DNA of 63,903 nt, filler included, from Lama guanicoe (lineage: Eukaryota): NCBI GenBank assembly GCA_013239625.1. It is 200 parts of 200 records of this genome, joined end to end, with 100 filler letters (N's around TTAATTAATTAA, not from the genome) between each part and the next. Parts side by side here need not be neighbours in the genome. Positions count along the whole stretch, not along the records: positions 61,760 to 61,979 come from PNXV01040481.1; positions 62,080 to 62,299 come from PNXV01040482.1; positions 62,400 to 62,619 come from PNXV01040483.1; positions 62,720 to 62,940 come from PNXV01040484.1; positions 63,041 to 63,261 come from PNXV01040485.1; positions 63,362 to 63,582 come from PNXV01040486.1; positions 63,683 to 63,903 come from PNXV01040487.1; 193 more parts are not named here. One strand, given 5' to 3'. Below the pieces are notes generated by a model that saw only the letters and a program-made list of their open reading frames with translations, made no database searches and had not been told where the DNA came from. Below, one piece after another: positions 61,660-63,903 of this stretch. The position numbers were made by a program, and so were the translations under genes. Every line of letters begins with the position of its first letter. Position 1 is the first letter of the stretch.

Positions 61660-63903
61660 NNNNNNNNNNNNNNNNNNNNNNNNNNNNNNNNNNNNNNNNN
61701 NNNTTAATTAATTAANNNNNNNNNNNNNNNNNNNNNNNNNNNNNNNNNNNNNNNNNNNNACCCATACTATCCCTAGAAATAAAGCAATACAATTGTCAGT
61801 GCTCCCCAAGGAGACCCGTATCCGTTCAGACAGGAGCAAGTTGGCTGCCTCCAACATGGCATTCTGGAGCTGGTCGGCTTTAGAGTTACAGTTCAGTTTG
61901 AAAAATTGAGACTAGACTTTGTTTTTGGAGGGCTGTCTGAGGGTAGTAAGTGCAATTTATCCTGATTGTTTATGCCATCNNNNNNNNNNNNNNNNNNNNN
62001 NNNNNNNNNNNNNNNNNNNNNNNTTAATTAATTAANNNNNNNNNNNNNNNNNNNNNNNNNNNNNNNNNNNNNNNNNNNNAGACCCAGTAACAAGCCACAA
62101 GCTGTTTCTCAAAAGAATGGCCACCTACTAGGGATGGCGGAGCTTTGCTCCAAAATCCTAAAGAATGTCCACGCTGTAATTCGCCTGTGGGGCTGCCAAA
62201 GGCCGCACACGCCTCAGTCTACAAGGACACCCCGAGCACCACCGGCTGCACCAGCTCACGTGACCGAGCCCTGGGCACAGCAGCCTGCACCTGCCGCGAN
62301 NNNNNNNNNNNNNNNNNNNNNNNNNNNNNNNNNNNNNNNNNNNTTAATTAATTAANNNNNNNNNNNNNNNNNNNNNNNNNNNNNNNNNNNNNNNNNNNNG
62401 GGTGGAGATGACACTGCACACAACAGAGCATCTGAGTAGTGGCACGTGAGGAAAGAGGAACAATGGAAAAAAGAAAAAGGGCAGAGTAGAGAGAGTCAGG
62501 AGTATGGGCGAGGGTGACTGTGTAATAAGTACCAGATCAGGCCACACTGAGGACTGAGGTTAGGATTAGTACTAGGAGGTGAGAAGGCCCAGGCGGACGG
62601 AACAACCAGCGCCGAGGCCNNNNNNNNNNNNNNNNNNNNNNNNNNNNNNNNNNNNNNNNNNNNTTAATTAATTAANNNNNNNNNNNNNNNNNNNNNNNNN
62701 NNNNNNNNNNNNNNNNNNNTTAAAATTTTAAATAAACGTATATGAAGAGGTGTGGCATTATCACTGTGCGGAAGAGAGGAGAGCTTTCGTGTTCATCTCA
62801 TGGGAATTCCCAAAGAGAGAAGGAGGCAGCCAGAGCAGCGTGTGTCCCTGTGTGCCCAGCCTTGCAGGGACAGCCCTCCTGGCCCTGCCAATGGGAAAGG
62901 CTGCAGAGACTGGGCACCACCCTCGATCATTTACAAGGCCNNNNNNNNNNNNNNNNNNNNNNNNNNNNNNNNNNNNNNNNNNNNTTAATTAATTAANNNN
63001 NNNNNNNNNNNNNNNNNNNNNNNNNNNNNNNNNNNNNNNNAAATCTGATGAGTATCCACTAGAAAAGCAGAGAAAAGGATGATTCTGGTTGATGATGGGG
63101 TTATACAGAAGCCCCAAGGTAGGAAGTGGATCAGGCTGCTCAAAGAGCAGAGAGTGGGCTAGTGTGGCTGGAGGCTTGTGGAGGACAAGCAGCATGATGA
63201 CAGGCCAGTAGGCAGGAGTCAGATGGTGAGAGAACCTTTTTCTCTGACCCGCTTCTAAGCANNNNNNNNNNNNNNNNNNNNNNNNNNNNNNNNNNNNNNN
63301 NNNNNTTAATTAATTAANNNNNNNNNNNNNNNNNNNNNNNNNNNNNNNNNNNNNNNNNNNNACCATACCTTCCAGAACAACAATCCTGAGACAAATTGGT
63401 TAAGCCTCCAGAGAACTTAACGAAGACACTAAAAAAGAAAGTAATAAAAATAAGAAACTAATTACCTGACAAAGAGTAATTTTAAATTTAGTTTTGAACT
63501 TTGATGACTGGTACTTTGTTCTTATATTCCAGTCACAAAATCCATGCACACACAGTGAAAAGTGAGGGGTCTGCTTAAGAGANNNNNNNNNNNNNNNNNN
63601 NNNNNNNNNNNNNNNNNNNNNNNNNNTTAATTAATTAANNNNNNNNNNNNNNNNNNNNNNNNNNNNNNNNNNNNNNNNNNNNCCAGATGTCTGTACAGCT
63701 GCATGGCCAGCAGCCCCGCTGGGTTGGGGGGACTGTGCTGCAGGACTCCGTGGTGGTGCAAGGTGAGCACAGGCCTGTCCCACCGAGTTACCTGGGCTGT
63801 GTGTGGAGGGGATGGAAGGTGGGGGAGAAGTGACCAGTGCTCCCTGAGTTGCATGAGACAGATGAGGACACTGAGACCTGGGCTGGGGGCCCCTTGGGGC
63901 TTG

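Larger units (their letters stand above)
1..63903. other. Artificial concatenation of 200 short (219-221 bp) assembly contigs, apparently sorted by length
   Basis: Strict ~320-bp periodicity with 199 identical 100-bp spacers. Lengths add up exactly: 195x220+219+4x221+19900=63903. Base composition changes abruptly between neighbouring contigs. Confidence 0.99.

Noticed and set aside
265..63640. Regularly spaced identical TTAATTAATTAA with constant-length unique 'spacers', superficially CRISPR-like or a novel array
   Set aside because: The 12-mer is embedded in N runs and is a six-frame stop linker. The 'spacers' are ordinary mammalian repeats and unique DNA, and there are no cas genes.
2638..63854. 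ORF-track entries ending in X...LIN or X...N
   Set aside because: They reach the length threshold by reading through N and stop at the linker. Apart from L1 fragments, none resembles a protein I recognise.

Overview
This window is not a contiguous locus. It is an artificial pseudo-scaffold of 200 short, mostly unrelated contigs (195 of 220 bp, one of 219 bp, the last four of 221 bp). They are joined by 199 identical 100-bp linkers (N44-TTAATTAATTAA-N44, with stop codons in all six frames). The real sequence (44,003 bp) is mammalian, mostly non-coding DNA and probably camelid, based on a near-full-length tRNA-derived SINE resembling Vic-1 and artiodactyl-type L1 3' ends. It contains many L1, L2, MIR, LTR/MaLR and hAT fragments, a decayed ERV integrase, two satellite types, several CpG-island fragments and a few candidate small exons. 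Almost all listed ORFs are artefacts that run into N and end at linker stops. No complete gene, RNA gene or CRISPR array is supported, and I find no evidence for a novel multi-part biological system, because neighbouring contigs are not genomic neighbours. The best observations are two near-duplicate contig pairs with a 49-bp de Bruijn bubble signature, a 42-bp satellite, a heptamer satellite with possible ~123-bp higher-order spacing, a local inversion inside an L1 RT fragment, and candidate micro-exons. Repeat family names come from recalled consensus similarity, not from a database search.
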